Notes under the pieces: model-generated
Seen by the model: the letters and a program-made list of their open reading frames with translations, nothing else
What the model was told of the DNA's origin: nothing
Database searches by the model: none
Shown here: positions 9,742-19,482 of the stretch, in pieces
Numbering within the stretch: position 1 is the first letter of the stretch
Layout of the letters: every line of letters starts with the position of its first letter
Program-made: the position numbers and the translations under genes
Assembly (NCBI GenBank): GCA_034669905.1
Contig: JAXMOL010000013.1
Span: forward strand, 32,001-96,000
Source: Candidatus Hydrogenedentota bacterium
Lineage (GTDB): Bacteria > Hydrogenedentota > Hydrogenedentia > Hydrogenedentales > JAEUWI01
Direction of reading: 5' to 3'
Length of the DNA: 64,000 nt

Positions 9742-11550
9742 ATGAGCACGAATTCGATTCTTGATCGCGAACACATGGATATTGTGATTGTGGGCCACGT
9801 GGACCACGGTAAGAGCACGGTCATTGGCCGTCTGATGGCCGACACCAATTCGCTGCCCGAAGGGAAGCTCGAACAGGTCAAGGCCATGTGCGCTGCGAAC
9901 GCGCGCCCCTTCGAATACGCCTTCCTGCTCGACGCCCTCAAGAATGAGCAGGCCCAGGGTATCACCATCGACACGGCCCGGTGTTTCTTCAAGACGGAAA
10001 AGCGTCATTACATCATCAACGACGCCCCCGGACACATCGAGTTTCTGAAGAATATGGTTACGGGTGCCGCCCGTGCGGAAGCTGCCTTGCTTGTAATCGA
10101 CGCCGGCGAAGGCGTTCAGGAAAACAGCAAGCGCCATGGCTACATGGTTTCCATGCTCGGCGTAAAGCAGCTCTGTGTGCTGGTGAATAAGATGGACCTC
10201 GTGGAGTACAGCGAGGAAAAGTTTACCGCCATCAAAGAAGAATACACAGAATTCCTGGAGCAATTGGGCGTCCATCCCACGGCGTTCATTCCGGTGAGTG
10301 CCCGTGAAGGCGTGAACATTGCCGCCAGTCCCAAGGCGGAGATGCCGTGGTACGATGGCATGACGGTGCTGGAACAGGTCGATGCCTTCGAGAAAATGCG
10401 GGGCGATGCCGACAAGACCTTCCGTCTTCCGGTGCAGGACATTTACAAGTTCACCGCCTCGGGCGACGATCGCCGCATTGTGGCCGGTACGGTGACCACC
10501 GGTAAGGTGCGCGTAGGCGATGCAGTGCGTTTCCTGCCCTCCGGCAAAGAGTCGGTGGTGAAGTCCATCGAAGGTTTTTCCATGGCGCCCCAGACCGAAG
10601 CAACGGCGGGTTACGCTACGGGCGTGACGCTCACGACCCAAATCTACATCAAGCCTGGCGAGCTTATGGTGCGCGCCGATGAGCCCCAGCCCAAAGTGAG
10701 CCGCCGCTTCCGGATCAACATGTTCTGGATGGGCCGTCCCCCGATGGTTATGGGCAAGCAATATAAACTCAAAGTGGGTGCGGCCTCCGTATCCGCCGAG
10801 TTGGCCGAAGTTATCCAGGTGCTCGATGCTTCCGAGCTCAGCTCGGTTACCAACAAGAAGCAGGTGGACCGCCACGACGTGGCTGAATGTATCGTGGAGA
10901 CGACCCGTCCCATCGCCTTTGACCTGCGCAACGAGTTGGAAACCACGGGCCGCGTGGTCATCGTCGATGACTTCGAAATTGCCGGTGCCGGGGTTATCCT
11001 CGAATCCCTCGACGACACCGGCTCCGTGATGGCCGAGCACATTCAGCAGCGTGAATTCGCCTGGGAGCGGGGGCTGGTTACCAACGAAGAGCGCGCCGAA
11101 CGTTATGGCAACGTGGGTAAACTGATCATTCTCCACGGTGAATATGGATGCGGCAAGCGCCGCACGGCCAAGCAGCTCGAACGTGCCCTTTTCGATATGG
11201 GCCACAAGACCTACTACTTCGGCATTTCCAATTACTTCGAAGAACTTGATCACGACGTCCGCACCCGGGACCGTGCCCGTGAAAATCACCTGGAGAAACT
11301 GGGTGATCTTGCCCGGGTCATCACCGATGCAGGAAGTCTCCTGATCACCACCGTGACCGACGCCGACGACTACGATCTCGAACGCCTCAAGATGATGACG
11401 GCTCCCATCGAGATTTTTGTGGTGAATCTGGGCGAGAATCAGTTCGACAACTTCCCCGTCGATGTGGCCTTGCCCTATCGCCCGGAGATGGACGACGCCA
11501 TTAAGACCATCGTGGACACGCTGCGGGCCAAGGGTATCTTGCTCAAGTAG
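9742..11550 (+). CDS. cysN: Sulfate adenylyltransferase subunit 1 with a degenerate C-terminal APS-kinase-like domain
   Basis: GHVDHGKST, EQAQGITID, DAPGH, NKMD, PVSA GTPase motifs; C-terminal HGEYGCGK P-loop-like segment. Confidence 0.92.
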   Translation: MSTNSILDREHMDIVIVGHVDHGKSTVIGRLMADTNSLPEGKLEQVKAMCAANARPFEYAFLLDALKNEQAQGITIDTARCFFKTEKRHYIINDAPGHIEFLKNMVTGAARAEAALLVIDAGEGVQENSKRHGYMVSMLGVKQLCVLVNKMDLVEYSEEKFTAIKEEYTEFLEQLGVHPTAFIPVSAREGVNIAASPKAEMPWYDGMTVLEQVDAFEKMRGDADKTFRLPVQDIYKFTASGDDRRIVAGTVTTGKVRVGDAVRFLPSGKESVVKSIEGFSMAPQTEATAGYATGVTLTTQIYIKPGELMVRADEPQPKVSRRFRINMFWMGRPPMVMGKQYKLKVGAASVSAELAEVIQVLDASELSSVTNKKQVDRHDVAECIVETTRPIAFDLRNELETTGRVVIVDDFEIAGAGVILESLDDTGSVMAEHIQQREFAWERGLVTNEERAERYGNVGKLIILHGEYGCGKRRTAKQLERALFDMGHKTYYFGISNYFEELDHDVRTRDRARENHLEKLGDLARVITDAGSLLITTVTDADDYDLERLKMMTAPIEIFVVNLGENQFDNFPVDVALPYRPEMDDAIKTIVDTLRAKGILLK

Positions 11551-11617
11551 GCCAGTGGGCGGGGATGGTGGTGTGGCGGACGCACTACGTGTTGGCCATC
11601 GTTATTGAGGTCAGCGT

Positions 11618-12040
11618 TCAGTCGTGGGGCGTCCGGGGTTGGTAGATCGAAAGGCCGAGGTGCTGGGAATATCCCAGGAAATCCTTGTCGGTCGTAAATA
11701 CCGGCGCATTGTAACGGAGTGATAGGGCACAGATTAGGAAATCGATCTGAGAACCCTGTATCCCCTTTCGTCTACAGGTGTTAAAGGCCCGCGCTGCCTC
11801 TTCATGATCTTCCGCTTTAATGGGGAGTTCGTCAAAGGGAGCCAAGTGCTTCCGGACATGCTCAAACTGAGTTTCCTCCGAGATTCCAGAAAGAATCTCC
11901 TGACGAATCGGGCCAATGATGACGGCCCGTAGTTCACGTATCAACTCGGCGAGTTCCCCAACCAGAAGCTCGTCGGCCGCTTTCCTGCTCCGTCGACGCA
12001 GCGCCAGCGACCAGATAGTGGTGTCCACAAGTACTATCAC
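11618..12040 (-). CDS. vapC: VapC PIN-domain toxin
   Basis: VLVDTTIWS, IRQEILSG, IDFLICA, FTTDKDF acidic tetrad; 4-nt overlap with the antitoxin. Confidence 0.93.
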   Translation of the reverse strand: MIVLVDTTIWSLALRRRSRKAADELLVGELAELIRELRAVIIGPIRQEILSGISEETQFEHVRKHLAPFDELPIKAEDHEEAARAFNTCRRKGIQGSQIDFLICALSLRYNAPVFTTDKDFLGYSQHLGLSIYQPRTPHD

Positions 12041-12237
12041 CGACGTCGGCGACCTTTCTTATGGTCGTAGTCCGGGGCGAAATCAATCGTTCCAAACAAA
12101 TCAAGGATCTCTCCCTGTTTGCGGCGCTGAATAAACTCGCGTAGGGCCTCGTTTACCGTATCTTTTTTGGTCTTGAGACCGCCTTGCTTCAGTGCCTCGC
12201 TGAGGAGCTTCGCATCGATTGCCAGATTTGTGGGCAT
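12037..12237 (-). CDS. vapB: VapB antitoxin (DUF2191-like)
   Basis: MPTNLAIDAKLL...TKKDTVNEALREFI; AGGAGG RBS. Confidence 0.9.
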   Translation of the reverse strand: MPTNLAIDAKLLSEALKQGGLKTKKDTVNEALREFIQRRKQGEILDLFGTIDFAPDYDHKKGRRRR

Positions 12238-12259
12238 AATGTACACCTCCTTTACACAG

Positions 12260-12288
12260 ATCGTAACACAAGGCTTTGTGTGTGACAA
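12260..12288 (-). promoter_or_regulatory. vapBC sigma70 promoter with an operator palindrome in the spacer
   Basis: Minus strand TTGTCA-17 nt-TACGAT; inverted repeat ACACAA-ggct-TTGTGT (12266-12281) lies between the boxes. Confidence 0.7.
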
Positions 12289-12416
12289 GGGCTTCTCGTC
12301 ACTGGACCTTTCCCGGAAAGCACTTTCTTCAGATACAAAAGTGGCCGAAGAGTGGTCCCCCGTGAGACCGACTCCCCGACCGCTTTGGGTCAGCAGATGG
12401 TTGGCGTCATGTTTCC

Positions 12417-14354
12417 TTAGTTCTTGCCGCCCGGCAGCGCGTAGCTGTACAGGTGCGAGCCGCTGCCAAAGTAAATCCGCCCCTCGTGGTAGTCGCCACC
12501 TGGCCCGATGGGGACGGGGGATTCGGCGAGCAAGGTGATTGCGTGGGTCTCGCGATTCACCTGGGCGACGCCTTTTCGGAAGAGCATGTACAGGGCGCCG
12601 TCTGGGCCGGGTACGAAGACGCGGGGTCCCTGGTGGGAGATGGTTTTGCCCAGGGTCTCCTCCGTATCAAATTGGTGGAGGATTGCTTTCGTCGCGGGGT
12701 CAAAGACGAAAAAGTGACGTTGGTCGGCGACGCCATAGACGAGGCCCGCTTCCGTTGCGTAGAGGTCCGTGTAGTTATTGACCTCGGGGAGGAGCGGAGC
12801 GTGCCACGTGATGGCGTGGGTGGCGAGGTCCAGAAGATAGAGTTCTGCGAGGGTGGCCTTCTTTTCGCCCCCTGTGCCCGCGCCCGTGGTGGTTCCGCCC
12901 ACAATCTGATTTCCCGGAAGGGCCGCCAGACTCAGGGTTGAATGTTCAGGGATGAGGTCCGTGTGCTCGACGAGGACGCGCTCGCTGGTCTCTCGGTTCC
13001 AGAAGAGCAAGCCACCGCCCGTGTGGCCATAGCCCGGCGTCCCCGCCAGAATGACGTCTTTGCCATTGGGGTGGGCGAGGAGGTCGTGGGGACGGTGGAT
13101 GGTGGGGGTGCAGTCGGTGAGGAACTGGGGGTTCTTCCGAGCTTTGTTTTTCTTCGTCTCAACCCACTCCTTGGCGGGATTCCACTCCAGGAGGAAGCCC
13201 CCGCCATAGCCGCCGACGAAGAAACGATCGCCCTGACGGGCCACGGTATTCCACTGACCATAGGTGGCGCGGTTTGTCCACGCATCGGTGGTGGGGTTGT
13301 ATTGAAACGTGCGCATGGGGAAGGCTGTGCCGCCAGCCAGGGTGCCATCGGGTGCGGTGGCAATACCCATGATGTGGGCCCCTTCGCTGGAGTAGTCAAA
13401 GGAATGTTTCGCAACGGTGCCCGTGGCGGGGTCTTCGACCTCCAGGGTGCGCGTAACCGTGTCACATACCTTCAGGATTTTTCCATCGGGAAAGGTGTTG
13501 TGGAAAAGGCCCTGGCTACTGGTGATGATAGGCTTGGCATTTACTGTGGGCTTTTCGATGGCCGTTGCTTTGCCCTCGTAATAGGCGTACCAGTATTCAT
13601 CGCTGCCGGAATGGCCATAGACTTTGCCGTCCTGATCGCGGACCACATAACCGGCTCCCTTGACCCGTTCCTCCTCGGGCACGAGGGGCGTGGCCGTCTC
13701 GGTCCTGGGGTCAAAGGCGATTACCTGGCTGGCCGTGCTGCCGATGCCAAAGTAAATCCATCCCGCGTCATCGGCCGCCACATAGCGCTGATACTGTTTC
13801 CAATTCTGGGCGTAGACATGGCCGTAGTCGGTCAGGGTCTGGGTCTTGGGGTCAAAGGCCGCGACCCCACTGTTGGGATAGGTCACGGACCAGATGTTTC
13901 CGTTGTCATCTTCCGTCATACCCATGGCCATCTGGGGTACCGTTTTCTGGTGGAAGGTGAAGGCGCGCTTGACGGGGTCGAAGACCGTGAAGTGGCTGTT
14001 GAAGTGGGTGTAAAACTTGTTGTCGCTCGACAGGATCGAGGCATAGGGACAATCGCCGCCCGGAGGAAAGGGCATGGGATATTCCTCCGCCTTCCCCGAT
14101 TCGGCGTCGATAAGCAACAGGGCATAGCCCCCCCGGTGATCAAAGAGCCACAGGAGCACGACGTTCTTCCCGTCGCCATCTACCGTGGCCACCGTGCCCC
14201 GGTGGTTGCTGACGGGCGTGGCGACACCGTGGTGCAAAAAGCCATTGCCCAGGTCTTCCCGTTCGGCCTGCGCTGCCAGGGGTGCCAACAGGGCAACGGC
14301 CATGGCGAGTCCCAGGGCCGATTTTCGAATAGTGAGATACATTACAAACTCCAA
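12417..14354 (-). CDS. Secreted beta-propeller protein
   Basis: Signal peptide ending AQA; repeated FDP.T, DG.lyG and G.iY.G blade motifs. Confidence 0.75.
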   Translation of the reverse strand: MEFVMYLTIRKSALGLAMAVALLAPLAAQAEREDLGNGFLHHGVATPVSNHRGTVATVDGDGKNVVLLWLFDHRGGYALLLIDAESGKAEEYPMPFPPGGDCPYASILSSDNKFYTHFNSHFTVFDPVKRAFTFHQKTVPQMAMGMTEDDNGNIWSVTYPNSGVAAFDPKTQTLTDYGHVYAQNWKQYQRYVAADDAGWIYFGIGSTASQVIAFDPRTETATPLVPEEERVKGAGYVVRDQDGKVYGHSGSDEYWYAYYEGKATAIEKPTVNAKPIITSSQGLFHNTFPDGKILKVCDTVTRTLEVEDPATGTVAKHSFDYSSEGAHIMGIATAPDGTLAGGTAFPMRTFQYNPTTDAWTNRATYGQWNTVARQGDRFFVGGYGGGFLLEWNPAKEWVETKKNKARKNPQFLTDCTPTIHRPHDLLAHPNGKDVILAGTPGYGHTGGGLLFWNRETSERVLVEHTDLIPEHSTLSLAALPGNQIVGGTTTGAGTGGEKKATLAELYLLDLATHAITWHAPLLPEVNNYTDLYATEAGLVYGVADQRHFFVFDPATKAILHQFDTEETLGKTISHQGPRVFVPGPDGALYMLFRKGVAQVNRETHAITLLAESPVPIGPGGDYHEGRIYFGSGSHLYSYALPGGKN

Positions 14355-14565
14355 TTAACGTGATTGATTCAGGGGGGGCGAGACGATTCCGATCGAATGT
14401 CCGAAGCCACAAAACGAAGCCATTCTTGCAGATCCCCAGCGCGCTTGTCATGGTTTGTCCGTTTCGTTGGGCATTGATGTTACGAAATTACACAGGATTG
14501 GGTAGAAATGCCACGCCAGTCGGGGTGTGCGGTACGCCAAATCTGTTTAACTTTTAAGGAGACCG

Positions 14566-14582
14566 TTGGCATACTCTTTGCA
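14566..14582 (+). promoter_or_regulatory. Sigma54 (-24/-12) promoter candidate
   Basis: TTGGCATACTCTTTGCA fits TGGCA-N6-TTGCA with exact GG-N10-GC spacing, about 90 nt upstream of 14671. Confidence 0.7.
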
Positions 14583-14670
14583 CTCTCCACGCAGGGTGGG
14601 CGCTATCGGGCACCTGCCCACCAGCCCGCCCACACAAACGATAGTCGTAGTTCACTTGGAGGACCGAGTC

Positions 14671-14994
14671 ATGACACCACCCGCCTGGAACGCAAAAGAT
14701 GAGCGGCAATACGAGGCCGTGAAGCAGTCCCTGAAACGAAACGGCAAGTCAGAGGAACGGGCCCGGGAGATTGCCGCCCGGGTGGTGAATAATCAACGTC
14801 GCGAAGAGGGGCGTACCCCCAACCGGCGCACCCAGGGGACGGGAAATCCAAACACGTCGCTGGAAGAACGCACCGTCGATCAATTGCAGAACATCGCCGC
14901 GAACCTGAATGTGTCCGGACGTAGCACGATGCGAAAGGACGAACTCATTGAAGCCATTCGTGCGCGCCGCGGACAGCACAGCCATTCGGCGTGA
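14671..14994 (+). CDS. Small basic protein with C-terminal Rho-termination-factor N-terminal-like domain
   Basis: KDERQYE...AREIAARVVN and TVDQLQNIAANLNVSGRSTMRKDELIEAI; GGAGG RBS. Confidence 0.8.
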   Translation: MTPPAWNAKDERQYEAVKQSLKRNGKSEERAREIAARVVNNQRREEGRTPNRRTQGTGNPNTSLEERTVDQLQNIAANLNVSGRSTMRKDELIEAIRARRGQHSHSA

Positions 14995-15187
14995 GTGCGT
15001 CGCAGACCCGCCAGGGGTGCAGGCGTCTTCGCTCTTGGGATTTTACGGGACGACTTGATTCTCTCCCGCACGCTCGCTAGACTTGGATTTCCTTAAATCC
15101 GTCCAACGCCATCAGAACCACGGGGCAGTCTTGTGACACGTACCAGGCTTCAGCCGGGGGTGTCCTCTGCCCGTTTCAGGAAGTATC

Positions 15188-17191
15188 ATGACCACTACGC
15201 CACGCCTAAGCACGTTTCTCACGATGACCCTTTTCATGACCGGTGCGGCCTTTGCAGACGTTAACCAGGCGATGCTTGACCGCGTGGCCTCGGGCGAGGT
15301 GAAGGAAGCCAACGCCTCGTGGTGGGGTTTTGACCCCGAAGACGCCACGGAAGCGCTGCAGGCGGCCATTGATTCGGGCGTGGCCAAGCTCACCGTGGAG
15401 AACATGGGCAAGCCGTGGGTCGTGCGGCCCATCCTATTGGCCAGTGACCAGGAAATTGTCTTTGAGGAGGGCGTGGAGGTCGTCGCCAAGCGCGGGGAAT
15501 TCAAAGGGCGGGGCGATTCGCTGTTCAAGGCCGCCGGCAAGTCCAACATCACGCTCATCGGTTACGGGGCCACCCTTCGCATGCATCGCTCCGATTATGA
15601 CAACCCTGAATTGTATGAAAAGGCGGAATGGCGTCATACCCTCAGTATTCGCAGCAGTTCGAACGTGAAGGTTTATGGCCTGACGCTGGCCGAGAGTGGG
15701 GGGGACGGGATCTATCTCGGTATCGCCACCCGTGGGGTCACCAACAAAGACATCCACATCAAAGACGTGGTCTGCGAAAGCCACTATCGCCAGGGCATCA
15801 GCGTGATTTCCGCGGAGAACCTGCTCATCGAAGACACGGTCATGCGCAACACGAAGGGCACCGCGCCCCAGGCGGGTATCGACTTCGAGCCCAATAACGC
15901 CGACGAACGGCTCGTCAATGTGGTCATGCGCAATTGCCTGAGCGAGAACAACACCGGAGATGGCTATATGTTGTATCTTCGCCCCTTGAAGAAGGCCTCG
16001 GCGCCCCTTTCGGTGCGCTTCGAGAACTGTCGTGCCGTCGATAACTATGGGGCCGGCGCGCGCATCATCAACAATAATCTGCCGGAGGAAGCGGTGACGG
16101 GTCGTGTGGTGTTTGCCGACTGCACCCTGGAAGGGGGCACACGCCCTGCCATTACGGTAGATGGGAACCCGCCCTCGGGGCTCGCGATCCGCTATGAGGA
16201 TGTCACCATCATCAATCCGTCGGCAGACGAACCCGCCATGACGCCCATCCAATTCCGCAGCGGACGGGATTCGGAACAGCCCATAGGGGGCGTCACCTTT
16301 GAAAACGTGCGTATCCAGGACGGGGTCGAACGCAATCCCATGGGTTACCTGGATTCCGCCGGTGGCCTGCCCCTCGAAGATATTCGTGGTACCCTGATTG
16401 CCGTCCATGGGGACAGGGAAGAGCGCCTCACGCTGACCTCCGAGCTGCTGGATCGCTGGATGCCCGTAGAAGCGATTAAGCAAATTCCCCGTTTGCCGCT
16501 GGAACTGCGTGGGCTCCAGCCCCTCAGCGCCACCGCCCCGGAAAAGGGTTATGGCTTTGGTTTCGCAAAGCTGCGCAGGAACGGCGACTTTGCCCTCTAT
16601 GCCGCTGCGGGCGACGAAGTGCGCCTGGTCATGCACTACTGGCCCGTGGGCTCCGGTAGTGGCAAAGACGTGCCTGTCGTTGTTACGGCGCCTTCGGGGG
16701 AAACAGTCCACCGCCAGGAAATTCCCATCGGGTCCAAGAGTAACGTCCACTTCACGGCACCGGAAACCGGGGTCTACCGTATGAGCGCCGATCCGAAAAC
16801 CAACCGCCTCGCCCTGACCGAAAGTTCCCACCCCGTGAACGTGATTTCCGAGGGGGGGGCCCTCCGGCTGATACACGGCGGTGGCGACTACGCCTTTTGG
16901 GTACCCGCCGGAACGACTGAGTTTGCCGTGCGCGTGACGGGCGAGGGCTCCAGCGAGGCCATCCGCGCCGCCCTCATCAATCCCGACGGGGAAGTCGTTG
17001 AAGAGGTGGACAACATGGTGGCCATGCATCAATTCGAAATGACGCTGCCGGAAGACAGTCCGGGCGCTGCGTGGTCGATTCGATTGTCCAAGCCCTCTAC
17101 CCGTCCCTGGGAAGATCATTCCGTGGATCTGCGGGGCGTACCGCCGCTCTTCGCGCCGTCCGCGGAGGCGCTGCTGGTGCCCGGGAAGTAA
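15188..17191 (+). CDS. Secreted right-handed parallel beta-helix (pectin-lyase-like) protein
   Basis: Signal peptide; DATEALQAAID, SGGDGIY, RQGISVIS, PQAGIDFEPN; C-terminal beta-sandwich-like region. Confidence 0.8.
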   Translation: MTTTPRLSTFLTMTLFMTGAAFADVNQAMLDRVASGEVKEANASWWGFDPEDATEALQAAIDSGVAKLTVENMGKPWVVRPILLASDQEIVFEEGVEVVAKRGEFKGRGDSLFKAAGKSNITLIGYGATLRMHRSDYDNPELYEKAEWRHTLSIRSSSNVKVYGLTLAESGGDGIYLGIATRGVTNKDIHIKDVVCESHYRQGISVISAENLLIEDTVMRNTKGTAPQAGIDFEPNNADERLVNVVMRNCLSENNTGDGYMLYLRPLKKASAPLSVRFENCRAVDNYGAGARIINNNLPEEAVTGRVVFADCTLEGGTRPAITVDGNPPSGLAIRYEDVTIINPSADEPAMTPIQFRSGRDSEQPIGGVTFENVRIQDGVERNPMGYLDSAGGLPLEDIRGTLIAVHGDREERLTLTSELLDRWMPVEAIKQIPRLPLELRGLQPLSATAPEKGYGFGFAKLRRNGDFALYAAAGDEVRLVMHYWPVGSGSGKDVPVVVTAPSGETVHRQEIPIGSKSNVHFTAPETGVYRMSADPKTNRLALTESSHPVNVISEGGALRLIHGGGDYAFWVPAGTTEFAVRVTGEGSSEAIRAALINPDGEVVEEVDNMVAMHQFEMTLPEDSPGAAWSIRLSKPSTRPWEDHSVDLRGVPPLFAPSAEALLVPGK

Positions 17192-17240
17192 TGGTCGGAG
17201 AGGTGGTTTTGACACTTTCTCGTGTCCGTGACTCCCGTAA

Positions 17241-17939
17241 TCATGGCGCCGTGTAAATCATCCAGAGCCCTCCAAGAATCACCAGGACGCCACTGGTCTT
17301 TTTTACGAGGACAGAACCGTTGCTCCGATCATTCCAGTTCAGGTAGCGCTGAATAAGCTCGGTGAAGGTGCCCGCGAAAATGATTACGGAGCAGTGGCCC
17401 ACACCGTACATCAAGAGCAAAAAGAGACCGTAGGCGAGATCGGTAGCCGCGAGTTTGAAGGTCAGACCCAGCATGGGTGCCATGTAGGCGAAGGTGCAGG
17501 GGCCCAAGGCCAGGCCAAAGACCAGGCCCAGAAGAAAGGCCGCAAGGGCTCCTCTTTGCTTCATGCCTACCTGGCCCGTACCGGACCAGGGCATGGGGAA
17601 GACATCGAGTAGGTGCAGGCCGACCAGGAGGAATAGTAGGGCGACAACGTAGTTTCCGTACTGGCCTACGTCGCCCAACATTCGCCCTGCCGCGGCCGTA
17701 ATGACGCCAATCAGGGCGATGGTGACCAGAATGCCCACCGCGAACAGCGTCGAGATGAAGAAGGCGCGTTGGGTACGCATCCGCCCTTGATCGTCGATGA
17801 AGCCGACAATCAGAGGGATGCTGGCCAGGTGGCAGGGACTCAGCAGGATACTGAGGATTCCCCAGAGGAAGGACGCTGCGATGGCGACGAGTGCGCTTCC
17901 CTCGATGGCCTGACTCAGGGCAGTGAATAATGATTGCAT
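17241..17939 (-). CDS. ccdA: CcdA/DsbD-family transmembrane electron transporter
   Basis: LLSPCHL and LGPCTF cysteine pair; six TM helices. Confidence 0.88.
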   Translation of the reverse strand: MQSLFTALSQAIEGSALVAIAASFLWGILSILLSPCHLASIPLIVGFIDDQGRMRTQRAFFISTLFAVGILVTIALIGVITAAAGRMLGDVGQYGNYVVALLFLLVGLHLLDVFPMPWSGTGQVGMKQRGALAAFLLGLVFGLALGPCTFAYMAPMLGLTFKLAATDLAYGLFLLLMYGVGHCSVIIFAGTFTELIQRYLNWNDRSNGSVLVKKTSGVLVILGGLWMIYTAP

Positions 17940-18005
17940 TTGCGATTACCCCTCGTATTTTGCTTGTGTGATTAAGGATGAAACGACTGGCGCTTCCGGT
18001 GCGGG

Positions 18006-18587
18006 TTAGTGCGTCGGGACACCAGAATTCTCTGCCGATAGCTTTGGGGCTTCGACGCTTGTGTCCTCCTGGGACGGTGAATCAAGATCGACTCCCAGCT
18101 CTTTCCACTTCGCGAGGATGTCTTCTTTCGATAAGAATCCTTGATGGCGGAAACGTTCCACGCCGGAGGCGTCATAGAAGATTTGTGTCGGGATTATCTG
18201 CACCCCGTATTCTTCTCCCGCAGACGGGTCTTTCCAGACGTCAATGAAGTGAACCTCAAGCTCTTGCGCATAATCGTTCCGCAGCTCTTCGAGGATGGGT
18301 GCCATCATCCTGCAGGGGACGCAGGAGTCCGCGCCAAGGTCGACGAGGCGCGGGCGTATCTCGTTATCCAGAGAAGTGCTCAGCGCCTCATGCCCAGGAT
18401 CTGATTCATCGATATGCACCTGGGCCAACGGCGCCGGGTGGTCTATACGGGAACCCTCGGGCGCGCGTTGCCCTTGTTTGGCATAGAGAATCGTTCCTGC
18501 CGCGATGAGTACGAGCAACACAATGCCTGCCTTTGATACGCGGTCTCGGCCGGTCGGGCCATTATCTTTTGTCGTTTTTTCCGTCAT
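18006..18587 (-). CDS. Membrane-anchored thioredoxin-family protein
   Basis: N-terminal TM helix; LVDLGADSCVPCRMM; IIPTQIFYD; RHQGF. Confidence 0.88.
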   Translation of the reverse strand: MTEKTTKDNGPTGRDRVSKAGIVLLVLIAAGTILYAKQGQRAPEGSRIDHPAPLAQVHIDESDPGHEALSTSLDNEIRPRLVDLGADSCVPCRMMAPILEELRNDYAQELEVHFIDVWKDPSAGEEYGVQIIPTQIFYDASGVERFRHQGFLSKEDILAKWKELGVDLDSPSQEDTSVEAPKLSAENSGVPTH

Positions 18588-18721
18588 AGGTCTTCTCCTC
18601 AGTAGCCGGACTTCCAATGGAAGCGCTGCACCTGGCCCACTATCACAACGTACTGCCCGGCTACGGTTTCGTCTTTACGACAGCGCGGTATATCCGCGCT
18701 ATCCCTTCAGGGGGCCCGTCG

Positions 18722-19411
18722 CTATCTTCGAAGCAGGCCGGCCATTTCGGCCACCCGGCGTCCAAGATTGTCAGCGGTTTGTCCACCAAATTCGTCTTCC
18801 GCGATGGTGTCGTTCTGGCTCCACAGGGTGGCACCTATCCGGGCCGTGGGTTGGCCGTCGCCCACGATGATCATGTCCTGGCACAGGAGCGCCGTCTGAA
18901 TGGAGCGGATGGTCAGTTCCTGGCCACCATTACGGGCCGCCCCGACGGCCAATACACCCGCGACCTTGTTTCGCAACAGGAACCCGCCTGACCGAAACGC
19001 GCCGCAACGATCCAGGAAGGCCTTGCACAGGGCGCTCATGTTGCCGAAGTAAACGGGGGAGCCGACAATGATGCCGACGACGGCCGGGTCACTCAGTTGC
19101 TCCACGAGCGCTGGAAAGTCGTCCACCTCACCCTCCCGGAGGGGTTGGCCTGCTGCCAGCTGGGCGGGAATGCTCAGGGCGGCCAGTTCAATGAGTTCGG
19201 TTTCGATGCCCGGAGCCCCTTCCCGGGCGGCTTTGAGGCACCGGGTCAGCGCGGCGGCGGTGGTCTTGCCCGCACGTGGACTGCAACTGATTCCAACGAT
19301 CTTCTGTTGTTGGGCCCCTTCCTTGGCCATGGCCGTGCTTCCCAGCGTTCCCGCGACCGCTGCGACACCCGCAGCACCTATCATTGCTCTGCGTCCGATT
19401 TTGTGTGACAT
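18722..19411 (-). CDS. Flavodoxin-fold NADPH-dependent FMN reductase/Isf-like protein with Tat signal
   Basis: IGRRAMIG twin-arginine leader; SCSPRAGKT, GSPVYFGNMS, KAFLDR, RNGGQE. Confidence 0.82.
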   Translation of the reverse strand: MSHKIGRRAMIGAAGVAAVAGTLGSTAMAKEGAQQQKIVGISCSPRAGKTTAAALTRCLKAAREGAPGIETELIELAALSIPAQLAAGQPLREGEVDDFPALVEQLSDPAVVGIIVGSPVYFGNMSALCKAFLDRCGAFRSGGFLLRNKVAGVLAVGAARNGGQELTIRSIQTALLCQDMIIVGDGQPTARIGATLWSQNDTIAEDEFGGQTADNLGRRVAEMAGLLRR

Positions 19412-19482
19412 CGTAGTACTCCTTTTCGTGTTGCGTTTCGTGGGGGAGGCCCGGTGACGGCGCCACCCGTTCAACGGTAAAT

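Noticed and set aside
9739..11289. 516-aa minus-strand ORF
   Set aside because: Antisense shadow of cysN
3446..11550. Sulfated-glycan pathway from the glycosyltransferases plus cysDN
   Set aside because: No sulfotransferase is present, the APS-kinase domain looks degenerate, and the genes are divergently transcribed
15434..17215. 593-aa minus-strand ORF
   Set aside because: Antisense shadow of the beta-helix gene, expected with GC-rich codon usage; no motifs
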